Translations under genes and position numbers: made by a program
Notes under the pieces: model-generated
Database searches by the model: none
What the model was told of the DNA's origin: nothing
What the model saw: the letters and a program-made list of their open reading frames with translations, nothing else
From: Candidatus Krumholzibacteriia bacterium
Lineage (GTDB): Bacteria > Krumholzibacteriota > Krumholzibacteriia > LZORAL124-64-63
DNA length: 64,000 nucleotides
Assembly (NCBI GenBank): GCA_050174015.1
Contig: JBFXKG010000009.1
Location: 1-64,000, forward strand
Direction of reading: 5' to 3'
Shown here: positions 28,403-38,433 of the stretch, in pieces
Position numbering within the stretch: the first letter of the stretch is position 1
Layout: each line of letters starts with the position of its first letter

Positions 28403-29842
28403 TCACGGGGTTGGGGACGGGGTTTCGCCGGCGGTCCCGACGGCGACGATGCGGCCGTCGCGCTTGGTCACGGTCGCCCGCGCGAAGGCCACGCCCAGGC
28501 CGATGAACAGCCACACGTACTTGTTGTATTCGTTGGGCATGAAGACCGACACCGCCATGAAGCCCACGTAGGAATAGTGGAAGGCCTCGCCGTAGATCCT
28601 GATCTCCTCGGTGGCGCCGTACTTGCGGACCCGGTGCAGGCCGACCCCCCCCATGATGATCATGGCCAGGAACAGGCCGCCCCCCACCAGCCCGGTCTCG
28701 GTGGCGACCTCCAGGTACATGTTGTGCAGCTGCCGCGCGATGAACAGGCGGTTCGAGGGCACGAACCGGTATTCGGGATCGGCGTAGTAGTACTGGAACT
28801 GGCCGGGTCCGATGCCCAGGATCGGATGCTGGGCGAGCAGCTCCAGTCCGATCTTGTTGTAGCTGATGCGGGCGGTGATGGATTTGTCCTTCTCCCAGTC
28901 CTCCACCAGGGTCAGCATGCGGTCGTAGTAGGTGCTCGGGATCAGGGGCAGGGCCATGGCGCCGAGGATCACCGCCAGCACGAACGCGGCGGGCATCAGG
29001 CGGTGCCTCCTGAACTTCCACCACAGCCAGACCACCAGCAGGATGTACACCAGGGAGGAACTGCGGGCCAGGGACAGCATGATCGCGATGCTGCCCAGGA
29101 CGACCAGGGGCCCGGTCAGGATGCGCCACTTGCGCTGGCGCAGGAACAGGATCAGGGCCAGGGTGGTGCCGGCCAGGTTCATGGTGGCGGCGGTGGTCGG
29201 GTTGTAGTCGGAACCGCCGGCCGATCGGGACACGCCGTCGTAGGCGGAGACGGTGGCGGCATGCGAGCCGCCGACCAGGGTGACCCCCAGGGTGTAGTCG
29301 GCGATCACCAGCACCGAGGAGATCAGGCTCGAGACGATGATGGCCAGGGCGATCCACTTGACGTGCTCGATGGACCTGACCACGCGCACGGTCAGGTAGA
29401 GGAGGCCGAGCAGGCTGACCAGCCGGCGCACCGACCAGAGGCCGAACTCCAGGTCCTTGACGAAGAAGAGGGCCGTCAGCAGGGTCAGGCCGAACATCAC
29501 CGCCAGGCTGATCAGCGGCTCGTGCGGCCCCCAGCGCAGTTTCTTGGGTTCCCTGAAGGAGATCACGATCAGGCCCAGGACCGAGACGAAGGTGATCAGC
29601 TTCTCCGGGGACAGTTCATCGCTCACCGGAACCATCCGCAGCAGGGCGTCGAGCTGGACGAAGAACGCGATGAACAGCAGGCCGAGGAAGGGATAGAAGA
29701 ACACCACGAGGCCGCCGGCCACGAACAGGGGCAGCAACGGTGCGACGGGGCCGTACCCCATCCGCGAGAGCACCATGATGGCCAGGGCCATGACGAGCGC
29801 TCCGCCGATGAGTGCGATTCTGCCGGGCAGGGCGGTGATCAT
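28403..29842 (-). CDS. O-antigen ligase / Wzy polymerase family membrane protein
   Basis: ~12 TM; SLARSS, periplasmic R...HPILGIGPGQF...HNMYLEV (Wzy_C/WaaL signature). Confidence 0.85.
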   Translation of the reverse strand: MITALPGRIALIGGALVMALAIMVLSRMGYGPVAPLLPLFVAGGLVVFFYPFLGLLFIAFFVQLDALLRMVPVSDELSPEKLITFVSVLGLIVISFREPKKLRWGPHEPLISLAVMFGLTLLTALFFVKDLEFGLWSVRRLVSLLGLLYLTVRVVRSIEHVKWIALAIIVSSLISSVLVIADYTLGVTLVGGSHAATVSAYDGVSRSAGGSDYNPTTAATMNLAGTTLALILFLRQRKWRILTGPLVVLGSIAIMLSLARSSSLVYILLVVWLWWKFRRHRLMPAAFVLAVILGAMALPLIPSTYYDRMLTLVEDWEKDKSITARISYNKIGLELLAQHPILGIGPGQFQYYYADPEYRFVPSNRLFIARQLHNMYLEVATETGLVGGGLFLAMIIMGGVGLHRVRKYGATEEIRIYGEAFHYSYVGFMAVSVFMPNEYNKYVWLFIGLGVAFARATVTKRDGRIVAVGTAGETPSPTP

Positions 29843-29843
29843 G

Positions 29844-30899
29844 TCACGGCTCGTTGATGATGCGGTCGACGATCCACACCGAGGAGATGATGCTCAGCAG
29901 CGGCAGCGTGTTGCGCAGGGTGTACCCGAGCTTCGCCATGAACGACTGCTGGACCTCGATCCGGTCTCCCGGGCGCAGGGGGAAGTCCCCGCGCTCGAGG
30001 GCGTCGTGGTAGCTGAACTCGTAGACGGTGGAGTCGGCGCCGGAGCGCCGGAACAGCAGCAGGTTCTTGCGCGAGGCCGATTCGACGCTGATCCCTCCGG
30101 ACCTTCCGAGGGCCTCGAGGAAGGTGGTGCCCTTGCTGGTCAGGGGGAAGGCGCCCTGGCTGGTCACGTCGCCGAACACGTAGTAGAGGTCTTCCCGCGC
30201 CTCGGGGACGAACAGGCGGTCGTTGGCCTCGAGCAGGATGTCCAGGTGGGGGCTCCGGCCGTGGCCCGATTCCCAGATGTCCAGGGTGTGGGCCCGGCCG
30301 CGGCGGGTCAGGACGACCCGGCTGGCGTCGGCCTCGGCGTTCAGGCCGCCGGCCAGGGCCAGGGCCTCGGCCACGGTGCGGACGTTGTCGCTCAGGAAGA
30401 CCGTGACGGGATTGGTGACGTTGCCGTGGACCTGCACGGGATCCGCCCGGTACTCGACCATCTCGATGTGCACCTGGGGGGAGGAGATCAGGTCGGAGTA
30501 CGCGTCGGCCACGCGCAGGGCGGCTTCCTGCGTGGTGAGGCCCGCCAGTTCGAGGGGGGGCAGGAAGGGCAGGTGGGCCTCGCCCCTGCTGTCGATGGTG
30601 GTCACCTGGCGGCGGTTGTTGCTGTTGGCCGGGACCTGGGACCCGAGGTCGGGGCGTCCCCAGACCATGATCGTCAGGATGTCGTTGGGCCCGATCCGGT
30701 AGGCCGGCGGATCCTGATCCACGGCCAGGGAAGGCAGATCGACCGGGGCCGCCGAGGGGGAGCGGCCCGCTTCCATCCCGGCGGGATCCAGGATCAGGGG
30801 GTCCAGTCCCTTGACGGTTTCCCCGTGGTAGTTGGTCGCGGCGCAACCGGTCATCAGGAGGATCGCCAGAGGTGTCAGCATGAGCAAAAGCCGCTTCAT
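29844..30899 (-). CDS. wza: outer-membrane polysaccharide export lipoprotein (Wza/OPX)
   Basis: Lipobox MTG-C; YRIGPNDILTIMVW (Poly_export), two SLBB-type domains, C-terminal amphipathic helix. Confidence 0.88.
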   Translation of the reverse strand: MKRLLLMLTPLAILLMTGCAATNYHGETVKGLDPLILDPAGMEAGRSPSAAPVDLPSLAVDQDPPAYRIGPNDILTIMVWGRPDLGSQVPANSNNRRQVTTIDSRGEAHLPFLPPLELAGLTTQEAALRVADAYSDLISSPQVHIEMVEYRADPVQVHGNVTNPVTVFLSDNVRTVAEALALAGGLNAEADASRVVLTRRGRAHTLDIWESGHGRSPHLDILLEANDRLFVPEAREDLYYVFGDVTSQGAFPLTSKGTTFLEALGRSGGISVESASRKNLLLFRRSGADSTVYEFSYHDALERGDFPLRPGDRIEVQQSFMAKLGYTLRNTLPLLSIISSVWIVDRIINEP

Positions 30900-31174
30900 T
30901 TCGCTACCAGATCCTTTTCATGTCTGTGGAAATTTCCCCCGCGCCAGCCCGTATTTACGGCCCATCGGTAAGGAATTGCAACCGGAAAAACCCGTCACGG
31001 CGGCTGCAAGTGCCCCCGCGGATGGGATTTCAAGGGGGACAGAATAAGCGCGAACCTCCCGGGCTGCCATGATCCCGGCGGAATTCCGGATGCCAACCTT
31101 CCGGGCTGCCCTTATACTGCCGGGCGTCGCCTACCAGGGGGATCACTTCACAGCCGGCGGATCCGGGGATCGTC

Positions 31175-32158
31175 ATGAGCACCGACAACCAGTCGCCCAT
31201 CTTCGTCGTCGGTCTGCCGCGGTCCGGCACCACCCTCATGCGGATGATGCTCTGCTGCCATCCGCGCATCGCCATCGCACCGGAGACCAACTTCCTCAAC
31301 AGCTGGATCCTGCTCTACGGGCACCTCGACCCGGCCGTCGACAGGGACTTCGAGCTGTTCTGGTCCCATTACTCGGCCGCCAAGGACCTCCCCTCGTTCG
31401 GCCTGGAACCCGCGGCGGTCAGGGCGCGGATCGACGCCGCCCCCGAGCGCAGCTGGAAGGCCGTCTTCCAGGCGGTCTGCGAGGCCTACGCGGAGCGGAA
31501 CCGCAAGGAGCGCTGGGGGGAGAAGACGCCCCGGCATGCGGATTTCATGGAGAACCTGCTCGACTGGTTTCCCGAGGCGCGGATCGTCTTCATGTTGCGG
31601 GATCCGCGTGCGGTGACCTCGAGCATCCTGGCCAAGAACTGGTCGCGGTCCAGCGTGTTCCCCTTCGCCCACGCCCGGCGCTGGCGCCGTTCCGCCGTCG
31701 CCCTGCAGACCCTCGCCGCCGGGGGCCGGATCTTCGTCGCCCCCTATGAACGGCTGGTCACCGACGCGGAAGGCCTGCTGCGCGACGTCTGCCGCTTCGT
31801 CGGCGAGGACTTCCATCCCGAGATGATCACCCGCAGCCGGGCGGCCGAGTACCGGCTCTATCCGGACGACCCCGCCTCCAACACGGGCCAGAACGTCCTG
31901 AAGCCCTTGAACCCGGCCTCCCTGCACAAGTGGCGCACGCAGTTGAAGCCCGACCAGGTGGCCTTCATCGAACACGAAGCCGGCGCCTCCATGGCGGGAT
32001 TCGGTTACGAACGGGTCACCGGCGGCCTGACCCTCCGCCAGAGGTTGGTGCTCGGTCTCCACCAGGCCCTTTTCCCGCTCGAGTCCGTGCGGCGCCTGCC
32101 CTGGGGCAAGGTCTTCAGGGGCAAGGGCAAGACGCTGGTCATGAGGATGTTCCGATGA
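31175..32158 (+). CDS. sulfotransferase (Sulfotransfer_3-like)
   Basis: PIFVVGLPRSGTTL, WGEKTP, RDPRAVTSS, YERLV. Confidence 0.9.
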   Translation: MSTDNQSPIFVVGLPRSGTTLMRMMLCCHPRIAIAPETNFLNSWILLYGHLDPAVDRDFELFWSHYSAAKDLPSFGLEPAAVRARIDAAPERSWKAVFQAVCEAYAERNRKERWGEKTPRHADFMENLLDWFPEARIVFMLRDPRAVTSSILAKNWSRSSVFPFAHARRWRRSAVALQTLAAGGRIFVAPYERLVTDAEGLLRDVCRFVGEDFHPEMITRSRAAEYRLYPDDPASNTGQNVLKPLNPASLHKWRTQLKPDQVAFIEHEAGASMAGFGYERVTGGLTLRQRLVLGLHQALFPLESVRRLPWGKVFRGKGKTLVMRMFR

Positions 32159-33426
32159 ACCCGGATCAAGACCGATTGGATTCCATGGCGCACGTCTCCA
32201 AGAAGCCGCGAAAAATCCGCAAGGTCCGGTTCGGCCTGGCCGCCGGCGCAGTCCTTGGCGGCTGGTTGGGGGCCCTGGTGCTGATCGTGCTCGGGGGATC
32301 CTGGTGGTGGCTGCTGCTGCCGGCGGCCGTCATGGCGGGAGCGCACCGGATCCTCCACCGGCCCGGAGCCGTGCCCGTCCTCACCTATCACAGCGTGTCC
32401 GACCGCGACGCCTGGCTGCCCTGGGCCCCCAACATCGCCGTCTCCAGCGATCTCTTCGCCAGGCACCTCGAGGTCCTGGCCCGCTGCGGAGCGCGGGTCA
32501 TCCCCACGACCGAACTGGTCGCCGCCCGTCTCGAGGGACGTCCGGTCCCCGACCGGGCCGTTGTCCTCCACCTGGACGACGGCTATCTCGACAACTGGGT
32601 GGCCGCCTATCCGGCCTTGAAGAAGCACGGGATGCCCGCCACGATCTTCGTGTCCGTGGACTTCATCGATCCGGGCGAGGGGTTGCGCCCCCATCTCGAG
32701 GACGTGGAGGCCGGCCGAGTCGGCCGCGAGTCCTTGCAGTGGGAGGGATACCTGAACGCCGACGAGCTGAAGGCGATGCAGGATTCGGGTCTGATCGACA
32801 TCCAGTCCCACGGGACCGATCACGCCCGGGTTTTCACGGGGCCGGAGGTGATCGGCTCCCTCACCGAGGAGAACTGGCGCAACCTGGCCTGGGTCCAGTG
32901 GGGGGCGACGGCGGGCGACAAGAGCGGCTGGCACCGGCTGGACCGGCCGGTCGCGGTGCCCCTGGGCTCGCCGGTCCGGCGGAACGGGCCGGCCCTCACC
33001 TCGCAGGCCTGGCTCGGCGACCGGGTCGAGACGCCGGAGGAATATTCCGCGCGGGCCCTGGGAACCCTGCGCAGGGCGCGGGAGGAACTGGGCCGGATCA
33101 TGGGGCGGGAGATCTCGGTCTTCTGCTGGCCGCAGAACCGATCCACCATCCGGTCGCGGGAGCTGGCCCACCAGGCGGGGTTCACGGCGACCACGGGGGG
33201 GTGGGAGGAGAACCGTCCCGGCCAGGACGGCAGGGTTCTCAGCAGGGTCCACGTCGGCAAGGACGTCCTGGGACTTCCGTGCCCCTGGGCGGACCGGCTG
33301 TATTTCCGGGCCCAGGTGCACGTGGGGTGGGGGAGCTATTCCTGGTATGGGCTGATTTTCGCCATGGAGATCATCCGGAGGGGTGTTTTCCTGTTCCGCG
33401 CAGAACCGATGAAGTCCCAGCCCTGA
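32155..33426 (+). CDS. membrane-anchored polysaccharide deacetylase (CE4, NodB/IcaB-like)
   Basis: N-terminal TMs; VLTYHSV, LDDGYLDN, QSHGTDH, FCWP; ATGA overlap with the sulfotransferase (alternative start 32185). Confidence 0.85.
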   Translation: MNPDQDRLDSMAHVSKKPRKIRKVRFGLAAGAVLGGWLGALVLIVLGGSWWWLLLPAAVMAGAHRILHRPGAVPVLTYHSVSDRDAWLPWAPNIAVSSDLFARHLEVLARCGARVIPTTELVAARLEGRPVPDRAVVLHLDDGYLDNWVAAYPALKKHGMPATIFVSVDFIDPGEGLRPHLEDVEAGRVGRESLQWEGYLNADELKAMQDSGLIDIQSHGTDHARVFTGPEVIGSLTEENWRNLAWVQWGATAGDKSGWHRLDRPVAVPLGSPVRRNGPALTSQAWLGDRVETPEEYSARALGTLRRAREELGRIMGREISVFCWPQNRSTIRSRELAHQAGFTATTGGWEENRPGQDGRVLSRVHVGKDVLGLPCPWADRLYFRAQVHVGWGSYSWYGLIFAMEIIRRGVFLFRAEPMKSQP

Positions 33427-33610
33427 TTTTTTTATCCTAAAATATTGATTTTTTAGACCTATAATTAGCTTATTGTTATGCAAATTATGGTATTTAGTCA
33501 AAATTGCGAATTATTCCTAATTTAGATAAAAATCGTCAACAAAAAAGTTTGACTGGTGGCGTAAGATTGTGATACCATATTAAACTGAGATTCAAATCGA
33601 TAATGCATGT
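33427..33610 (+). promoter_or_regulatory. very AT-rich regulatory region with IHF-consensus site and sigma70-like promoter
   Basis: Minus-strand AATCAATATTTTA (33438-33450) matches WATCAANNNNTTR; TTGACT (33549)-18 nt-TACCAT (33573) with extended TG. Confidence 0.6.
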
Positions 33611-33656
33611 TCCGGGATCAAGACGTTCGGCTTCTTGAGGGAGGGCCCAAGCAAAC

Positions 33657-34430
33657 ATGGAATTGGCAGCAAGGGAACAGTTCAGCGGGCCGGAAAGCCT
33701 GAGGATCGCCGGGAAGGTGCGGCGGGAGCCTGGAGCTCCCTCGCCTTTCAACGACGGCGTCTTTCTGCCGTACCTCAGCCCCGTGACCAGCTTCGACACC
33801 ATCTCCGGCAAGGAGACCACTCCCTGGTGCATGTCCCGCGGCAAGCGGGCCCTCGACATTGCGATCGTGCTGCTCTCCCTGCCCATCCTGGCTCCCCTGA
33901 TGCTGCTGGCCGCCGCGGCCATCTTCATCGAGAGCCCCGGGCCGGTCATCTTTCGCCAGTACCGCACCGGCCTGATGGGCCAGCGGTTCCGGATCATGAA
34001 GTTCCGCACCATGGTCCTGGATGCCGAGAAGCTCAAGGCCTCGCTCATGCACCTGAACGAGAAGGCCGCGGATTCGCCGGACTTCTCGCTCGAGGACGAC
34101 CCGCGGGTCCTGCGGGTGGGCAAGTTCCTGAGGCGGACCAGCATCGACGAGATTCCCAACCTCTTCAACGTGCTGCTGGGCCACATGAGCATCGTCGGCC
34201 CGCGGCCCACGTCCTTCGACGTGACCACCTACAAGGACTGGCACCTGCTGCGTCTGCTCGTCCCGCCTGGAATCACCGGTCTGTGGCAGATCTCCGGGCG
34301 CAAGGAAATCGACTTCGATGAACGGGTCGCCCTGGACTACAAGTACATCAAGAACCAGTCGATGTTCCTGGACCTGAAGATCCTGTTCACCACCCCCCTC
34401 TGCATCTTCAAGGGCCGGGGGGCGAACTGA
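33657..34430 (+). CDS. priming phosphoglycosyl transferase (bacterial sugar transferase family)
   Basis: KRALDI, FRIMKFRTM, DPRV..VGKFLRRTSIDEIP.LFNVL.G.MSIVGPRP, PGITGLWQ. Confidence 0.93.
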   Translation: MELAAREQFSGPESLRIAGKVRREPGAPSPFNDGVFLPYLSPVTSFDTISGKETTPWCMSRGKRALDIAIVLLSLPILAPLMLLAAAAIFIESPGPVIFRQYRTGLMGQRFRIMKFRTMVLDAEKLKASLMHLNEKAADSPDFSLEDDPRVLRVGKFLRRTSIDEIPNLFNVLLGHMSIVGPRPTSFDVTTYKDWHLLRLLVPPGITGLWQISGRKEIDFDERVALDYKYIKNQSMFLDLKILFTTPLCIFKGRGAN

Positions 34431-34496
34431 GCCTCCCCCGTCCCCGTCCCGGCCGCTTGAGCATGGGCAGGATCATCGCGTTGCGCTGGAGGGACC

Positions 34497-36341
34497 ATGT
34501 CGGCGATCATGGCAGTCCTGGACGTTGCGGGTCGGGGAGACGCCCGCCAGCAGCTGGACGCCGTCCTGGAGCGGGTCATCCCCGAGAATCGGGGTTTTCA
34601 CCGTGAGGAGGCCCTGCCCCAGGGGCTGATGGCAACCGTGGGCGAGGAGTCGGATCCCCATCGCTCCCGTCCTGCCGCGGATCTGTTCAAGGCCGCCGAT
34701 GGGCTCGTTGCGGCCTGCTACGGATCGGTCTACGACCTCCACCCCCTCTACCGGAAAATGGGCCTCGATGCTCCCGAGGACGCCGCGGGCTGCCCGGCGC
34801 GCGCGCTGGCTGAGGCCTACCGCCGCTGGGGCGCCGATTTCGTCCATCAGGTGACCGGGGAATACTCCTTCCTGCTCTTCGATCCGGTGGAGGACGTCTT
34901 TCTGGCCGGCAGGGATCCCCTGGGCACCCGTCCCCTGTTCTACTACGACCACGGCGGGTTGATCGGGATCGCGACCGACAGCGCCTGCCTGCTGAGCCTG
35001 GGGGGACGCATCCCCGAACCCGACCCGGTCTCGGTGTTCCGATTCCTCTGCATGGTCGAACCGGTGAGCGACCGGACCTTCTTCCTGCGGGTCTTCAAGG
35101 TGAGGCCGGGGCACCTCCTGCGGGTGGGCAGGGACGGGAAAGTCTCTCTCCACCGCTACTTCCAGCCCGGCGGCAGGGGGATGTCCCCGGCCCGGAACGT
35201 CGAGGAACGCCGCGAGGAGTTCCGGACCCTGCTCTCGGCCGCGGTCGAGCGCCGGTATTGCCCGGTGAACGACGTCGAGCTCTGTCCGGAGATGGCGGGA
35301 CAGCCCACGCCCATCTCGGGCATGGTCACGGCCCTGCGCCGCCGGGAGGGGCGAACCGCCGTCGTCGATCCCCGCTGGAGCCTGGGCAAGGACCCGAAAT
35401 CCTACGCTTCCCTTCTGGACAACCTGAGGGAGCTGAGCACCTTCCAGACCGGGCCGGTGGGCGAGCTGGCGGGTCTGTTGACCTGGCTGCGTCTGAGGGA
35501 CCCGTCACCCGAGGGTTCGTCCATCTGCCTGAGCAACGTGGGCCTGCGGGAATTCGTGGACAACTGGGCCTTCACGTTCCGTCACTTCCACCTGCCGGGG
35601 AAGGTGGCATCCCTGTTCCGGGATCTGGGGCGTCAGGACGGGGACGGGGATCGCCGTCCCGCCGGTGCGGTCGGCCGGGCCCTGAAGTCCCGCCTGTCCA
35701 GCCGGGCGGGCAAGACCCGGCGCCACGTGATCCACGGCACCCGGTTTCCCTGGATCAGCAGCACCCTGGCCCGCCTGACGGTGGACCGGGAGCGCGAATT
35801 CGACGCCGACTACGCCTCATCCACCCACCGCCATCTGGCGGAGGGCTACCTGCTGAACCCCGTGCCGCGAAACCTCCAGTTCATCGACGGCAACGGCCGC
35901 CAGCTCGGGGTCGAATTCCGGTTCCCGTTCCTGGACGTCGATCTCCTGGAATTCTGTTTCGGTCTGCCCGCCGACCAGATCGCCGAGCTGGCGTTCTGGC
36001 TATCCAGCGAGATGAGCAGCTCCCTGGAACTGGTCTCGACCTCGCCCGTCTCGCAACAGGCCCGGTCGGCCAACCGGAACTTCTGGGAAGCGCCCGAGCT
36101 CCACGGGTTCCTCGAGGACATTCTCGGTTCCCTCACCCTGGTGGAGGACGGCTGGCTGCGCCGCGAGCACCTGCTCAAGCTGCACCGGGACATCGCGGCG
36201 GGAAACCGCGAGCTGCGCCCCTTCCTGTGGCGGGTCATCGCCCTGGAGAGCTGGTACGCGCATCAGTGGTCGCCTTCGACGACCGCAAGGCCCGCCCCAG
36301 TGCTGCGAATTCATCCTGGAAATCTGAAACAGTCCGGCTGA
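34497..36341 (+). CDS. asparagine-synthase-like protein, catalytic motifs degenerate
   Basis: [45 protein letters not shown] retained; no N-terminal Cys and no SGGLDS. Confidence 0.75.
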   Translation: MSAIMAVLDVAGRGDARQQLDAVLERVIPENRGFHREEALPQGLMATVGEESDPHRSRPAADLFKAADGLVAACYGSVYDLHPLYRKMGLDAPEDAAGCPARALAEAYRRWGADFVHQVTGEYSFLLFDPVEDVFLAGRDPLGTRPLFYYDHGGLIGIATDSACLLSLGGRIPEPDPVSVFRFLCMVEPVSDRTFFLRVFKVRPGHLLRVGRDGKVSLHRYFQPGGRGMSPARNVEERREEFRTLLSAAVERRYCPVNDVELCPEMAGQPTPISGMVTALRRREGRTAVVDPRWSLGKDPKSYASLLDNLRELSTFQTGPVGELAGLLTWLRLRDPSPEGSSICLSNVGLREFVDNWAFTFRHFHLPGKVASLFRDLGRQDGDGDRRPAGAVGRALKSRLSSRAGKTRRHVIHGTRFPWISSTLARLTVDREREFDADYASSTHRHLAEGYLLNPVPRNLQFIDGNGRQLGVEFRFPFLDVDLLEFCFGLPADQIAELAFWLSSEMSSSLELVSTSPVSQQARSANRNFWEAPELHGFLEDILGSLTLVEDGWLRREHLLKLHRDIAAGNRELRPFLWRVIALESWYAHQWSPSTTARPAPVLRIHPGNLKQSG

Positions 36342-37437
36342 CGGTGTAACGCTCCCGCAGGGCCGGTCCTTCCCGCCGCAGGCGGGCGGCGAGGTCCGCA
36401 TCCGTCAGGATCGTGCGGATGCCGGCGGCCAGGGCCGTGGGATCCCCGGGCGGCACCAGGACGCCCGCCCTGCCCCCGTCCAGGATCACGCGGGGGCCGA
36501 CCGGACAGTCGGTGGCCACCACCGGCACCCCCGCCGCCATGGCCTCGATCAGCACGTTGCCGAATCCTTCCCGCCGGGACGCCTGGACCACCGCGGCCGC
36601 GCGCTTCAGCACCGCATAGGGATTGTCCACGTAGCCGGCGAAGGTGACCCGGCCGTCGAGGCCCAGCCCTGCCGCCAGGTCTTTCAGCTCCCGTTCCTCC
36701 GGCCCCGATCCCTGGATGACCAGATGGGGGGGGTGCGGCAGATCCCCGAGCAGGGCGAGGGCCCGGAGCACGAGGTCGAAGCCCTTCTCGGAGTTGAGCC
36801 GGCCGGTGCTGACCAGCAGGGGGGTCCCTTCGGGGGGCAGGCCGTATCCGGGATCGGCGGCCAGCAGGTCGTCGAAACCCGGCGGGATGACGGGGTTGGC
36901 CAGCACGGCCAGCGGCAGGTCGGGTCGCCGCAGCACGCGACGGAGTTCGAGGCCCACGTCCTCCAGGGGGACGGCCACCTTGGTGGCCCGGGGGTAGAGC
37001 AGCTTCATCAGGGCCAGGCGGAAGGCCCGCCACTTGCGGCCCTCCAGGTACATGGACACCGGCGTGTGTTCGCTGATCAGCAAGGCGGCCGGGAACCGCA
37101 GCAGGGGCCTGGCGGCCATCAGGGCGAGGTTCGAGGCGTTCGTCCCGCTGTACACGACCTGGGGCCGGATGCGGTTCAGGATCCGCGCCAGCAGGATCAC
37201 GGCGAACTTGGCCGAGCGCCCCTGAAAGTCGAGGATCTCCACGTCGGAGGGCACCGTCTCCAGCAGGGTCCCCTTCCGGGAATTGAGGATCAGGTACGGC
37301 CGGAACCGATCGCGGTCCAGGTGGATCAGGAGGTTCTGGATGATCCTCTCCACACCGCCGGAATCCAGGTGGGGGTGGAAGAACGCGACCCGGACGGGTT
37401 CCGGGTGGTTGCAGGTGGGAGTTGATTCCACGACCAT
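36235..37437 (-). CDS. GT4 family glycosyltransferase
   Basis: [39 protein letters not shown] (EX7E). Confidence 0.92.
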   Translation of the reverse strand: MVVESTPTCNHPEPVRVAFFHPHLDSGGVERIIQNLLIHLDRDRFRPYLILNSRKGTLLETVPSDVEILDFQGRSAKFAVILLARILNRIRPQVVYSGTNASNLALMAARPLLRFPAALLISEHTPVSMYLEGRKWRAFRLALMKLLYPRATKVAVPLEDVGLELRRVLRRPDLPLAVLANPVIPPGFDDLLAADPGYGLPPEGTPLLVSTGRLNSEKGFDLVLRALALLGDLPHPPHLVIQGSGPEERELKDLAAGLGLDGRVTFAGYVDNPYAVLKRAAAVVQASRREGFGNVLIEAMAAGVPVVATDCPVGPRVILDGGRAGVLVPPGDPTALAAGIRTILTDADLAARLRREGPALRERYTVSRTVSDFQDEFAALGRALRSSKATTDARTSSPGR

Positions 37438-37539
37438 CTCCTGTTAAAAGGGGCAGAGCGAACGGCGCAGCGATCGGGGACAGAAGGTAGCACACCCCGC
37501 CCGGCCCCGCAGTACCTGTCGAAGAGTGGAGGAGAGGCC

Positions 37540-38433
37540 TTGGGCGAACCTGGATACAAGGGGATCATCCTGGCCGGCGGCACCGGCTCCCGGCTGCACC
37601 CGCTGACCTTGACGGTGAGCAAGCAGCTGATGCCGGTCTACGACAAGCCCATGATCTACTACCCGCTGTCCACCCTGATGCTGGCGGGGATCCGCGACGT
37701 CCTGATCATCACGACGCCCCAGGACCAGGAGGCCTTCCGGGCCCTGCTGCAGGACGGCTCCCGCTGGGGGCTGAACCTCCGGTACGTCGTGCAACCCAGC
37801 CCCGACGGGCTGGCCCAGGCGTTCATCCTGGGCGAGGAGTTCCTGGACGGGAGTCCGGTTTGCCTCATCCTGGGCGACAACATCTTCTACGCCGAGGGTT
37901 TGTCCCGCCGCCTCCAGCGGGTCGCGGCCAGGCCCGGCGGCGGGACCATCTTCGCCTACGTGGTCCAGGACCCCCATCGCTACGGCGTCGTGGAACTGGA
38001 CTCCGAGGGCAAGGCCGTCGGCATCGAGGAGAAGCCCGCGAAGCCGCGGTCCAACTTCGCCGTCACGGGCCTTTACTTCTTCGACGCCGACGCGCCGGCC
38101 ATCGCCCGCGGCATCAAGCCCTCCGCCCGCGGCGAGCTCGAGATCGTGGAGGTCATGAAGGCCTACCTGGAGCGCGGCGAACTGGCGGTGGAGATCCTCG
38201 GCCGGGGCGCCGCCTGGCTGGACACCGGGACCCACCAGTCCCTGCTGGACGCCGGCCAGTTCATCCGGGTCATCGAGGACCGCCAGAGCCTGAAGATCGC
38301 CTGTCCCGAGGAGATCGCCTGGCGCATGGGCTTCATCGACGGCGCGCGGCTGGAGGCCCTGGCCCGGCCGCTGCAGAACAGCGGGTACGGCAGGTATCTC
38401 CTCCAGCTGCTCGACGAGGGCCGGCGGCCATGA
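37540..38433 (+). CDS. rfbA: glucose-1-phosphate thymidylyltransferase
   Basis: [42 protein letters not shown]. Confidence 0.96.
   Translation: MGEPGYKGIILAGGTGSRLHPLTLTVSKQLMPVYDKPMIYYPLSTLMLAGIRDVLIITTPQDQEAFRALLQDGSRWGLNLRYVVQPSPDGLAQAFILGEEFLDGSPVCLILGDNIFYAEGLSRRLQRVAARPGGGTIFAYVVQDPHRYGVVELDSEGKAVGIEEKPAKPRSNFAVTGLYFFDADAPAIARGIKPSARGELEIVEVMKAYLERGELAVEILGRGAAWLDTGTHQSLLDAGQFIRVIEDRQSLKIACPEEIAWRMGFIDGARLEALARPLQNSGYGRYLLQLLDEGRRP

Noticed and set aside
30940..31060. Sigma54 promoters at the wza/sulfotransferase divergence (also checked near 11217 and 33557)
   Set aside because: GG...GC spacing is 9 nt rather than the required 10 (and 33557 lacks the GC).
33427..33610. Replication origin (oriC)
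   Set aside because: AT-rich with an IHF site, but only poor DnaA-box matches (e.g. TTATCCTAA) and no dnaA/dnaN/gidA context.
34497..36341. Lasso peptide cyclase / RiPP cluster
   Set aside because: The ATP-binding SGGLDS loop is absent, and no PqqD/RRE, B2 protease or precursor peptide was recognised nearby.
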